The translations under genes and the position numbers were made by a program. 64,000 nucleotides of DNA, from IMG/VR virus record IMGVR_UViG_3300029822_000002, positions 2,107-66,106 of that record; one strand, written 5' to 3'. Position 1 is the stretch's first letter. The number at the start of each line of letters is the position of its first letter. The stretch comes from a virus. Positions 39,046-48,290 of this stretch are shown here, piece after piece. The notes under the pieces were generated by a model. It did no database searches and was not told the origin of the DNA. It saw only the letters and a program-made list of their open reading frames with translations.

Positions 39046-39414
39046 ATGAACTTAAATATATTAGTAATAATATTATCTTCAATAATTGCTATTCTATCCA
39101 TTAGATTATGGAGAACTAGTTTAACAATTAAAAAAATAATGAAATCATCTGAATCTATATATGATTCTGCTAAAAAATTAATGAAACAAAATAGCGAATA
39201 TATTGATATTTGTAATAAACAAACAAATTCTATAATAGAGTTAAAGGGTATTATAAAAAGACAAAATGATTTATTAAGAGAAGATGATAAAATTAACTAT
39301 AATAATATACAATCATTAGATATAGATGAAATATTATATAAAATACAAAAATCAGGATTAGAATCTATAACAAAAGAAGAAATTAATTTTTTAAAAAACT
39401 ATAAAAACTTATAA
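39046..39414 (+). CDS. Membrane-anchored coiled-coil protein with DUF6576-like tail (IDEILYKI..SG..S.T.EE..FL)
   Basis: N-terminal TM; C-terminal motif. Confidence 0.6.
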   Translation: MNLNILVIILSSIIAILSIRLWRTSLTIKKIMKSSESIYDSAKKLMKQNSEYIDICNKQTNSIIELKGIIKRQNDLLREDDKINYNNIQSLDIDEILYKIQKSGLESITKEEINFLKNYKNL

Positions 39415-39416
39415 AT

Positions 39417-40103
39417 ATGGACTTAATGAAAAAATATGATATTAATCCTAAAATTAGAGAAATCATAGAAAAACAACAAGCTAAAAAAGGGATAATTAAA
39501 ACATCAAATGATATATCCAATGTAGAAGCTGAAAATATTATATATAGTTCATTTTTAGGTAAATACCCATCTATTAAAGAATACAATGATAAGAGTAAAA
39601 AAAGATTACTTCATCTTATATATGATATTGATATAAATGATTATAAAAAAGATGAATTATTAAATTTTTATAATTATATAAAAAATGTATTTAATGATAA
39701 TGAATTAGATGGTATAATTAAACATTATATAACTAAATATTATAAACCTGGTTATGTTTTTTCTGGATTAAAAACATATCATAAGAATATTATATATCTT
39801 ATGACATTATTCAATATTGAAGTTTATAATGGTATTATTATAAATACATCATTTATAGGAGATATGATTAAAATATTTCCCGATATAAATTTTGATGATA
39901 AAGGTATTATTACTGACGATACAACTAATATGGTATCTAATTTTATAAACGATATTAAAAATAATGTGCCTAATATTAAAATATCAATAAATGACAATAT
40001 TATTGCTTTTGCTATTAATGATAATGATCATCATATTTTAATTGAAAAGTTTAATGGTATGGAAGTTGATTTAATACCTGTTCATTTTTTCAAATGGGAA
40101 TAA
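39417..40103 (+). CDS. Hypothetical protein
   Basis: ORF track. Confidence 0.65.
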   Translation: MDLMKKYDINPKIREIIEKQQAKKGIIKTSNDISNVEAENIIYSSFLGKYPSIKEYNDKSKKRLLHLIYDIDINDYKKDELLNFYNYIKNVFNDNELDGIIKHYITKYYKPGYVFSGLKTYHKNIIYLMTLFNIEVYNGIIINTSFIGDMIKIFPDINFDDKGIITDDTTNMVSNFINDIKNNVPNIKISINDNIIAFAINDNDHHILIEKFNGMEVDLIPVHFFKWE

Positions 40104-40107
40104 ATTT

Positions 40108-40305
40108 ATGAGTATTACAAAAAAATTACATTATGATATCATTTCATCAATTTATAATGTAGATGATTTAATTATTGATAAATATAAAAAAATATACGGT
40201 AAATATCCATGTATTTATTTACATCATTATAATTATATTAAAAGAGATGAAAATAGAATTAAATTATTACTAAGAAAAGAAAAATTAAATAATATAATAA
40301 AATGA
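40108..40305 (+). CDS. Hypothetical protein
   Basis: RKEKLNNI tail. Confidence 0.6.
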   Translation: MSITKKLHYDIISSIYNVDDLIIDKYKKIYGKYPCIYLHHYNYIKRDENRIKLLLRKEKLNNIIK

Positions 40306-40529
40306 TATCAATGTATAATGATAAAATATCAAAATCAATTAAAAAAGATGGCAGTATAAATATACTTAACTGCATATCTATTATGACTGATATTGATATT
40401 GATATTCTAAAAAAATATTATAATTTTTACAAAGATTACCCAAAATTATCTGATACTGTATGTATAGATGAAAAATTTAAAATTTTTGAAAGAAAATATA
40501 AAATAATCAAACTATTAAAAAATAAATAA
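40302..40529 (+). CDS. Hypothetical protein
   Basis: RKYKIIKL tail. Confidence 0.6.
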   Translation: MISMYNDKISKSIKKDGSINILNCISIMTDIDIDILKKYYNFYKDYPKLSDTVCIDEKFKIFERKYKIIKLLKNK

Positions 40530-40530
40530 T

Positions 40531-40932
40531 ATGAAAGATTATTCAAATAGATTAACACAAGAACAAAAAGAGTCTATATATGAATTTTTTGCTAATTGGG
40601 TAATGTCTGGTAAACCAGTTAAATTCAGAGAAAATGATATTGGTGGTTGTTATTTTAATGAGGGTGATTCTTATTATGAATCATATCTAGATATATTTAA
40701 TAAAACAAAATTAAGTAGTATTATTGTAAATACGGGTGATATAATGTTACATGTTAATGTTAAAGATATCACAAATGATAAAAATATTGATATAATAACA
40801 AATTTTATTTTATCCAATAAGAATAAAAAGGGTTTGTTAACTGATGATGAATTTTTTAATTTAACTAAAATATATGTTAATAAATTGAAGTTAAGATTTA
40901 AAAAAATTAAAAAAATAAAAGATGGTATATAA
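40531..40932 (+). CDS. Hypothetical protein
   Basis: RFKKIKKI tail. Confidence 0.6.
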   Translation: MKDYSNRLTQEQKESIYEFFANWVMSGKPVKFRENDIGGCYFNEGDSYYESYLDIFNKTKLSSIIVNTGDIMLHVNVKDITNDKNIDIITNFILSNKNKKGLLTDDEFFNLTKIYVNKLKLRFKKIKKIKDGI

Positions 40933-41243
40933 TGTGTAAAGTAGTACATTGTAAAAAAGAAAAATTTGATATTTATATAGGTAGACCTTCTAAATGGGGA
41001 AATCCATATTCACATAAAAATGATACAATAGCAGAATTTAAAGTTGATACAAGACAAGAATCAATTAAAAAATATGAAGAATATTTATTAAATAACAAAG
41101 AATTAATGAATTCTTTACATGAACTAAAATATAAAACATTAGGATGTTGGTGTTATCCATTATCATGTCATGGTGATATTCTAAAAAAATATGTAGACAA
41201 ATTAGAAGATTTAGATAAAAGAAATCAATTAATTAATGAATGA
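40932..41243 (+). CDS. DUF4326-like protein
   Basis: IYIGRPSKWGNPY...LGCWC.P..CHGDIL. Confidence 0.85.
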   Translation: MCKVVHCKKEKFDIYIGRPSKWGNPYSHKNDTIAEFKVDTRQESIKKYEEYLLNNKELMNSLHELKYKTLGCWCYPLSCHGDILKKYVDKLEDLDKRNQLINE

Positions 41244-41996
41244 TTAAGCACCAATAGCTAATATTAAAGGAGCAATTAATTCTTTTAATGTTGCTATAGA
41301 TCCAATTACAATTATTAAGGCAGTTAATACTAAATTTATAGCGGCTAATACTATTGCGATACCAGCATCCATTATAATAAGTGGTATTTCTATTAAAGGT
41401 CCTAATAGTGGTAATATTTCCAATACTTTATATTGTAAATCAGTTATTGCACTAACTATTGTTTGTACGGCAGCTATTGATGCAGGAACACCAGCACCTA
41501 TTGGTAAAACAGTAGCAGATGCAACAAGAGCAGCAGTTCCTGTTATAATTTGTTGACCAGCAAGTTTAAATGCATCTTTTAATTGGTTTTTTTTAATTGA
41601 TATTTGTTCAATTGAATTTCTTATCTGTTTTTTCATATTTTTAATTTTTTCTTTAAAAATAGGATGATCATCTCCAATTGCTCTATTTTTATCTACACAT
41701 TCAGGATATTTAATTTCATTATCAATTAGTATACCATCATCACCAACTAAATATTTACCATAAACAACCATATGTATTGATTTTTCCATATCTTCTGCTG
41801 GTAATATTCCTTCACCATCTAATGTAGGTATAACAGGTGCACTATTTATCATTATTTTTTTAGCAATTTGTCTAGGTGTTAATAAATATTCCCATATATC
41901 TATTGGTTCTTCTTTTTTTGTTAATCTATAAATTATTTCTTCTAATTCTTCTATATTTTCTTCTAATTGATTAATTTGTTGTTGAGCTGCTGACAT
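41244..41996 (-). CDS. Hypothetical protein with long hydrophobic Ala/Ile-rich C-terminus (possible virion or membrane protein)
   Basis: Antisense singleton with TAATATATA upstream; coiled coil plus hydrophobic tail. Confidence 0.7.
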   Translation of the reverse strand: MSAAQQQINQLEENIEELEEIIYRLTKKEEPIDIWEYLLTPRQIAKKIMINSAPVIPTLDGEGILPAEDMEKSIHMVVYGKYLVGDDGILIDNEIKYPECVDKNRAIGDDHPIFKEKIKNMKKQIRNSIEQISIKKNQLKDAFKLAGQQIITGTAALVASATVLPIGAGVPASIAAVQTIVSAITDLQYKVLEILPLLGPLIEIPLIIMDAGIAIVLAAINLVLTALIIVIGSIATLKELIAPLILAIGA

Positions 41997-42084
41997 AATA
42001 ATTATATTTTTTATAATATATATTAATTTTTAATAATTCTAATAATAATTTTGTTAATTAATTTATTTTATTTAATTTTGTATT

Positions 42085-42486
42085 ATGAATAAAAAAACAT
42101 ATAAAGCTTGTTTAGAAGTAAATTTGATAGGCGATAATAAAGTATCAATAGAAATATTATATTTAGACGATACTTTATTATTGACTAATGATGATGTCTA
42201 TAATATTGTTGTACATAGGAATAAGAAAAATAATTTTTGTATATGGTCAAGTATGTATTTTGTATTTTGTGAGAATTATTTTAGATTTCCTGGTTATATG
42301 AATAATAATATGAAAATAATACATACACATGATTATATTACTGACGAAAAAAGAAAAATCGGATTAAAAAAATTATATGATTCTTTACAAACATGGTCAT
42401 GTGATAAAAAAATATTTATTAATAATTACTCAGACATTAATAACAATAATGTTGAATTTGTTGATAATTATTGGTTTATTAAATAA
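42085..42486 (+). CDS. Hypothetical protein
   Basis: TTTG(42050)-N19-TAATTTTG(42073) promoter; similar to the 42499 ORF. Confidence 0.7.
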   Translation: MNKKTYKACLEVNLIGDNKVSIEILYLDDTLLLTNDDVYNIVVHRNKKNNFCIWSSMYFVFCENYFRFPGYMNNNMKIIHTHDYITDEKRKIGLKKLYDSLQTWSCDKKIFINNYSDINNNNVEFVDNYWFIK

Positions 42487-42498
42487 AATTTATTAAAT

Positions 42499-42850
42499 AT
42501 GAATAATAAATTTGTACTAAAAATAAAATTAACTGGTAATCAAGAATATGGATTAGAAATAACTATAATTCATTGGGATAAAAGATATCTATCTTATAGT
42601 GGAAAAATAAATAATCCATTTGACTTACATATTCATAATGGGTTTGTAATATATTCACAATGAAATGGTAAAATAACTAATACTAATATTTTCAGAATAC
42701 CTAGTTTGGATAAATTAAAAAATAATCATATTTTATCTTGTAATTTTTACAATGATGAATATAGATATACATATCTTAAACAATTATTTTACTGTTTACA
42801 AGATTGGGGATTAAAACAAAATGAATTAAATAAATTCAAAAAATATTATA
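42499..42850 (+). pseudogene. Paralog of 42085..42486 with in-frame TGA at 42661-42663 and probable 3' frameshift
   Basis: ATG 42499 in frame with ORF-track 42706; shares 'F.I.S......FR.P...L..L...LQ.W' pattern. Confidence 0.55.
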
Positions 42851-43280
42851 TGGAAACCAATAAATTACAAAAATTAATTAATATGATTCAAAAAATAGAA
42901 AACGATTTTTTAGTAAAAGTATATAGATGTATTATTGATGATAATATAGATCAAATTGCATTTAATTTTAAAGTTGAAAATGAAGAAAATAATATGCATG
43001 ATTTTTATATAATGTGTATACATGTATTCAGATCAATAATAAATAACAAACTTACATTATTTAATATTAATAATAATATTATAAATGTTACTGAATTTGA
43101 AGATGATTTAGATAGTATAAATGAAAAAATATCTAATTTACTTAATAAAATAGAATATGATAAACGATTATACAATCAGAGTAAAATGGATATAAATGAC
43201 TATATTAAAATGAGAGACAGAAAAAATAAAATTCAAAAAATATTATATGGAAACCAATAAATTACAAAAATTAATTAATA
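42832..43280 (+). repeat. 52-bp perfect direct repeat (42832-42883 / 43229-43280)
   Basis: AAATTCAAAAAATATTATATGGAAACCAATAAATTACAAAAATTAATTAATA occurs twice. Confidence 0.9.
42850..43260 (+). CDS. Hypothetical protein between the direct repeats (METNKLQKLINMIQ...RKNKIQKILYGNQ)
   Basis: ATG 42850; first 11 codons identical to downstream nadD. Confidence 0.65.
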   Translation: METNKLQKLINMIQKIENDFLVKVYRCIIDDNIDQIAFNFKVENEENNMHDFYIMCIHVFRSIINNKLTLFNINNNIINVTEFEDDLDSINEKISNLLNKIEYDKRLYNQSKMDINDYIKMRDRKNKIQKILYGNQ

Positions 43281-44137
43281 ATACATATAAAGAAAATTTT
43301 GGATATACTCCTTTAACCGAAAGATTAAATGATATTCAAAAAGAATTCTTTGAATTAATAAAATGGTCAGATATTCACAATTTAAAAGAAGAAACTGGTG
43401 ATTTATTATCATCATTAATTCAATTATGTAATGAAAGTGAATGGACAATAGATGAATTGATACAAAATAATTTAGAAAAAATAAATTCTAGATCATTACA
43501 ATATAAATCACTTGGTAGAAAATTAAAAGTTGCATTATTTGGTGGAAGTTTTGATCCTATTACAGTAGGACATATAGAAACTGCACAATTTGTTCTAAAC
43601 ACATCAAGAGAATTTGATGAAGTATGGTTAATGCCTGCGTTTAAACATATGTATAATAAAGAAATGGTATCATCTGAACACAGATTAAATATGTGTGAAA
43701 TTGCATCTAAAGTAGATGATAGAATCAAAGTATTTCCTTATGAAATTGATAATCAATTATCAGGTGCCACTTATAATTTTATTAAAAGATTAAAAGAAGA
43801 AAAAGAATTAACAGAAAAACACAAATTTGCATTAATTATTGGAATGGATAATGCAAATACTTTTGATAAATGGGTTAATTATGAAGAACTAGAAAGATTA
43901 ATTCAATTTGTTGTTATTCCAAGAACAGGTATAAAAAGAGACGAATCTGTAAATTGGTATTTAAATTATCCTCATATTTATCTTAAAGATGAAAATAAAA
44001 TTATAGAAGTATCATCAACACTTATCAGAGAAAAATTAAAAATTTTTTATAATGACGGCAGCAATTATGATGAATTATTAAAGTATATGAATAAAGATGT
44101 TTTAAATTATATTATTAATAATAAACTTTATTATTAA
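43247..44137 (+). CDS. nadD: MazG-like domain fused to nicotinate-nucleotide adenylyltransferase
   Basis: N-term E..EL...LKEETGDLL...N..K...R; ALFGGSFDPITVGH, IIGMDN...F..W, EVSSTLIR. Confidence 0.88.
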   Translation: METNKLQKLINNTYKENFGYTPLTERLNDIQKEFFELIKWSDIHNLKEETGDLLSSLIQLCNESEWTIDELIQNNLEKINSRSLQYKSLGRKLKVALFGGSFDPITVGHIETAQFVLNTSREFDEVWLMPAFKHMYNKEMVSSEHRLNMCEIASKVDDRIKVFPYEIDNQLSGATYNFIKRLKEEKELTEKHKFALIIGMDNANTFDKWVNYEELERLIQFVVIPRTGIKRDESVNWYLNYPHIYLKDENKIIEVSSTLIREKLKIFYNDGSNYDELLKYMNKDVLNYIINNKLYY

Positions 44138-44205
44138 TAATTTTTTATAATTAAATATAATTGTTAAATTTGTATAAATATAATAAAAACTAAAAATATA
44201 ATATT

Positions 44206-44826
44206 ATGAAAAAAGCACTAATTGTAGTTGACGTACAGTATGATTTTCTCGAAGGAGGAAATCTAGAAGTAAAAGATAGTAATAAAATCATACCAATCAT
44301 AAATGATTTAACGCAAAAAGGAGAATTTGATATTATTATTTTTACTAAAGATTGGCATCCATCTGATCATAAATCGTTTGCATCACAATACGAAAACAAA
44401 AACGTTTTTGATATTGTTAATTTAAATGGAATTCAACAAGTTCTTTGGCCAGACCATTGTGTTCAAAATACAAGAGGTTCAGATATACATGATGATATTA
44501 TTATAGGAATGCCAAATTCTTATATTTTTAAAAAAGGAATGAATTCTGATGTTGACAGTTATTCTGCTTTTTTTGATAATGATCATAAAAATTCAACAGG
44601 TTTATCGGAATTTCTTAAAGAAAAAAATGTAACAGAAACTATTATATGTGGATTAGCTGGTGATTTTTGTGTTAAATATACTGCTATTGATAGTATAAAT
44701 GAGGGATTTGATACTACTTTAGTATTAGATGCTACTCAATTCATAACAAATGATATTAAACCACACATAGAAGAAATGAAAATTAATGGTATTCGATTTG
44801 AATACTCTGAAAAATATATTAAATAA
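44206..44826 (+). CDS. pncA: Nicotinamidase/pyrazinamidase
   Basis: LIVVDVQYDF..GG.L, TKDWHP..H.SF, WPDHCVQ...G, F.KG....DSYSAF, GLAGDFCV. Confidence 0.95.
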   Translation: MKKALIVVDVQYDFLEGGNLEVKDSNKIIPIINDLTQKGEFDIIIFTKDWHPSDHKSFASQYENKNVFDIVNLNGIQQVLWPDHCVQNTRGSDIHDDIIIGMPNSYIFKKGMNSDVDSYSAFFDNDHKNSTGLSEFLKEKNVTETIICGLAGDFCVKYTAIDSINEGFDTTLVLDATQFITNDIKPHIEEMKINGIRFEYSEKYIK

Positions 44827-44827
44827 T

Positions 44828-45031
44828 ATGGATAAAATAATAAACGCAATTAAAAAAAATATAGGTATTAAACTATTAATATCATTATTTTTAATTATAA
44901 CACTAACAATATCATATAACATAACTGGTTATGATATTCTATTGAAAATTATGTATATTCCTATAGCATTTATATCGATTGTTATATTATTTATGACTAT
45001 AAGTATAATTATTTCAATATTTCAAAGATAA
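44828..45031 (+). CDS. Small membrane protein (2 TM)
   Basis: Hydrophobic helices. Confidence 0.6.
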   Translation: MDKIINAIKKNIGIKLLISLFLIITLTISYNITGYDILLKIMYIPIAFISIVILFMTISIIISIFQR

Positions 45032-45033
45032 TT

Positions 45034-45234
45034 ATGATATTTAATGATTTACATAAACAAAGAGTTCGTTTAAAAAAGAAAATAATGAATGTTAAATGGA
45101 GTGATCCCGCATCATATTCATTATCATTACAGGAAGAATATAGAGATTTATTAAATCATATTGGTAAATTAAAACAAAGAAGATTTAAACTTAATAAAAT
45201 ATTTAAAAATGACAGCAACAAGACAAGATGTTAA
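45034..45234 (+). CDS. Hypothetical protein
   Basis: RRFKLNKI tail. Confidence 0.6.
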   Translation: MIFNDLHKQRVRLKKKIMNVKWSDPASYSLSLQEEYRDLLNHIGKLKQRRFKLNKIFKNDSNKTRC

Positions 45235-45454
45235 TCATTGGATTAAAATAGCAAAAAAGAATAATCATAAATATATAATATCTGTTTGTGATACATGGGA
45301 TTATGATGATTATCCAGTTTTCTTTGATGATGTTAAAACATTAGAAGAAAACTATTCAAAGTACACTACTAATATGCAAAAAATAAATGAAATTATCAGA
45401 ATAAATGATGATGGTACATTTATTGAAAATTTAACAATTTTTAATATTAAATAA
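45209..45454 (+). CDS. Hypothetical protein
   Basis: I.VCDTWDY.DYPV motif. Confidence 0.7.
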   Translation: MTATRQDVNHWIKIAKKNNHKYIISVCDTWDYDDYPVFFDDVKTLEENYSKYTTNMQKINEIIRINDDGTFIENLTIFNIK

Positions 45455-45456
45455 TT

Positions 45457-45972
45457 ATGTATAAAGAAGTTATTAATTTTTTAGAATTAAACGGGTTTAA
45501 GAAATCCACAACACCTAAAGGTAATATAATATTATCTAATGAATCATGCACAGTTCACCAATCTATTGATGAACAATATATTATTACGAATAATCAAGGG
45601 GATAAATTTTTTAGTAATGATCTTAATATTTATTGGTTAATCGGATGTTTAACATATAATGGATATATGGATAAAAATTATAATAAAATTGTAGATAAAA
45701 AAGAATTTAAATCTTACAATATCACATACCAAAAAGCATTAGATATAGTTAGAGATGAACTAGAACCATTTGTTGATAATGATGATTTATTATATAACGA
45801 TGAACCAATATACATATATTTAACTGATGATTTATATATGTCTAACATTGATAAATATGAATTATCTAGTCATTTAGATAAATACTTATCGAGTACAATA
45901 AGTATGATAGAAATCGAAAATTGGGATACAATCGATGATGTAGTTAAATACGTTATGAAAAATTTTAAATAA
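45457..45972 (+). CDS. Hypothetical protein with C-terminal acyl-carrier-protein-like domain lacking the Ser
   Basis: DDLYMSNIDKYEL...I...EIENWDTIDDVVKYV aligns by eye with ACP DDLGADSLDTVEL...TVGDAVDYI. Confidence 0.5.
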   Translation: MYKEVINFLELNGFKKSTTPKGNIILSNESCTVHQSIDEQYIITNNQGDKFFSNDLNIYWLIGCLTYNGYMDKNYNKIVDKKEFKSYNITYQKALDIVRDELEPFVDNDDLLYNDEPIYIYLTDDLYMSNIDKYELSSHLDKYLSSTISMIEIENWDTIDDVVKYVMKNFK

Positions 45973-45976
45973 TAAT

Positions 45977-46357
45977 ATGCATAGAATAGATGATAGTGTA
46001 TTTTTATTATATATAGAACCTGATAAAAATAAAAAAAGTGATACACCTATTAATGATGAATTAACACAAATAATGGAATTTGCATTATCACAATCAATTA
46101 AAGGTGTGTCTAATTATCACGATAAAAAATCAGAACCAAATTTTCGTAAGGGATCAGGATTTAAGGGATTTCATCGAACTGACTGTGGAATGATTTCAAC
46201 TAATAATGATTATCTATTAGAAAATGGTATGATTACAAATAGTTTATGTGTATATTATTTACAATATTATAGAGATTGTATACCTGATTCAGAAATGAAA
46301 AAAGTTAAAAAATTATTAACATATTATAAAAATTTATATTCATACTTTAATAAATAG
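45977..46357 (+). CDS. Hypothetical protein
   Basis: GFHRT.CG..S.N.DYLL.NG.ITNSLC..Y motif. Confidence 0.7.
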   Translation: MHRIDDSVFLLYIEPDKNKKSDTPINDELTQIMEFALSQSIKGVSNYHDKKSEPNFRKGSGFKGFHRTDCGMISTNNDYLLENGMITNSLCVYYLQYYRDCIPDSEMKKVKKLLTYYKNLYSYFNK

Positions 46358-46362
46358 AATTT

Positions 46363-46893
46363 ATGGAAAAAAGAATGTATTTTTTTGTACCTTATAATAT
46401 TTCACCAATTCAACAATCTATTCAAGCAGGACATGCTGCTTTAGAATATGCTAGAAAATATGGTGATACTGAATTATTTATGGATTTTGTCGATAATCAT
46501 AAAACATGGATCATATTAAATGGTGGTACAACAAATGAACATCCAGATAGATTAGGAACATTAAATAAAATTTATATTGATTTATTAAATTATGATGCAA
46601 ATATTAAAAATGGACAAATTAAAATTGCATCATTTAAAGAACCCGACTTAAATGATGCTCTTACTGCTATTTGTTTTATTTGTGATGAACATGTATGGGA
46701 TTATGAAAAATACCCAGATTGGAAAGATTATTTATTAGAACATTCTTTTCATCCATTAGATGATAGAAAAAAATCATATGATGAATTAAAACAAAAATAC
46801 CCAACACTGTTCTATAAATGGACTGAAGAAATAATGAACGGTGAAAAAAATGTATTTTTACGTGAATTATTAAAAGGTAAAAAATTAGCATAA
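46363..46893 (+). CDS. Peptidyl-tRNA hydrolase type 2-like protein
   Basis: MY..V...S.IQ..IQAGHA, IILNGG, F.EPDL..ALTAI. Confidence 0.55.
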   Translation: MEKRMYFFVPYNISPIQQSIQAGHAALEYARKYGDTELFMDFVDNHKTWIILNGGTTNEHPDRLGTLNKIYIDLLNYDANIKNGQIKIASFKEPDLNDALTAICFICDEHVWDYEKYPDWKDYLLEHSFHPLDDRKKSYDELKQKYPTLFYKWTEEIMNGEKNVFLRELLKGKKLA

Positions 46894-46944
46894 TAAATTG
46901 TTTAATTATAAAAATATTTATATCTTTGTAAAAAATAAAATATT

Positions 46945-47106
46945 ATGTTAACTGAATTTCAAGAAAAAAGAATAGCATCATTATCATGGTGGAATAAATT
47001 AGATACCGATGTAAAAGTTGAACTATGTAAACAATATTTCGATGATAGGGTATTATATTCTCTAACAGGTAGAGAAATTCAAATAATTTGGGAATCACAA
47101 AAATAA
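46945..47106 (+). CDS. Hypothetical protein (53 aa, not in ORF track), paralog of 4271..4483
   Basis: MLTEFQEKRIASLSWWNKL...YSLTGREIQIIW; TATCTTTG promoter 46921-46928. Confidence 0.7.
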   Translation: MLTEFQEKRIASLSWWNKLDTDVKVELCKQYFDDRVLYSLTGREIQIIWESQK

Positions 47107-47123
47107 ACTTAAAATATAATTAT

Positions 47124-48290
47124 ATGATAATCAAAAGTATATTAGATACTGATCTTTATAAATTAACAATGCAGTTCGCAGTTATTAAAAATTTTTCTAG
47201 TCAAATAGTTAGATATAAATTTATTGATAGAAATCAAATTTCATTTCCTGATAATTTTGATAAAGATGTCATGGAAGAAATTAAAAATATGGAATCTCTA
47301 TATTTGACACAATCGGAAAAAACATGGGTGAATAAAAATTTAGGAAAATTCCTACCTCCTACATATATTGATTTTTTAAGTGGATATCGTTTTGATTCAT
47401 CTGAAGTTGATGTGTATTTGGATGATGATAATAAATTACATATTGATATTGAAGGATTTTGGTATCGTACAATATTATGGGAAGTACCTTTAATGGCAAT
47501 AATATCAGAACTTTACTTCAAAAAAACCGGTCAAATTATTAATATATTTGATGATAATATTGTTTTAAAAGATAAAAGTAAACTACAAAAAATGGTTGAA
47601 CATAATGCATTTTTTGCAGATTTTGGTACCCGTAGAAGATATTCATTTAATAATCAAGAAAAAATTATTGTACTTTATAAAGATTGTCCTATTTTTACGG
47701 GTACATCAAATGTTTTCTTAGCATACAAATATAATATCAGATGCACAGGTACTATGGCACACGAATGGTTCATGGTACATGCTGCGTTATTTGGATATAA
47801 AATGTCAAATAAATTATCATTAGATAATTGGGTTAATACATATGAAGGATCACTTGGTATAGCTTTATCAGATACATTTACAACTGATATTTTTTTCAAA
47901 TCATTTGATATGAAACAGTCTAAATTATTTGATGGAGTAAGACACGATAGTGGTGATCCTTTTGAATTCACTGATAAAGTAATAAATCATTATAAATCAT
48001 TGGGGATTGATCCAATGTCAAAAACTATTATTTTTAGTGACGGTTTAGATACAGAATTGGCATCACAAATAAAAGAATATTGTGTAGGTAAAATTAAAAG
48101 TGCATTTGGTATTGGAACTTATTTAACTAATGATCTGGGTGTTAAACCATTGAACATGGTTATTAAAATATCTGAAGTTTTAGTCAATGATAATTGGATA
48201 CCTGCAGTTAAACTTTCAGATAATAAAGGAAAAAATACAGGTGATAAAGATGAAGTTGAATTGTGTAAAAAAATCTTAAATATCCGATAA
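47124..48290 (+). CDS. pncB: Nicotinate phosphoribosyltransferase
   Basis: LDTDLYKLTM, FADFGTRRR, GTMAHEW, ALSDTF, GVRHDSGDP, FSDGL, FGIGT, KLSD..GK. Confidence 0.96.
   Translation: MIIKSILDTDLYKLTMQFAVIKNFSSQIVRYKFIDRNQISFPDNFDKDVMEEIKNMESLYLTQSEKTWVNKNLGKFLPPTYIDFLSGYRFDSSEVDVYLDDDNKLHIDIEGFWYRTILWEVPLMAIISELYFKKTGQIINIFDDNIVLKDKSKLQKMVEHNAFFADFGTRRRYSFNNQEKIIVLYKDCPIFTGTSNVFLAYKYNIRCTGTMAHEWFMVHAALFGYKMSNKLSLDNWVNTYEGSLGIALSDTFTTDIFFKSFDMKQSKLFDGVRHDSGDPFEFTDKVINHYKSLGIDPMSKTIIFSDGLDTELASQIKEYCVGKIKSAFGIGTYLTNDLGVKPLNMVIKISEVLVNDNWIPAVKLSDNKGKNTGDKDEVELCKKILNIR

Noticed and set aside
8486-42663. Genome-wide TGA recoding (code 4 or 25)
   Set aside because: Only two internal TGAs found; TGA acts as a true stop in ATGA overlaps and tandem stops; comparable TAA and frameshift lesions also occur
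42706-43260. 184-aa ORF as a natural single protein
   Set aside because: Chimera of the 3' end of the 42499 gene and a separate gene starting at ATG 42850 inside a direct repeat
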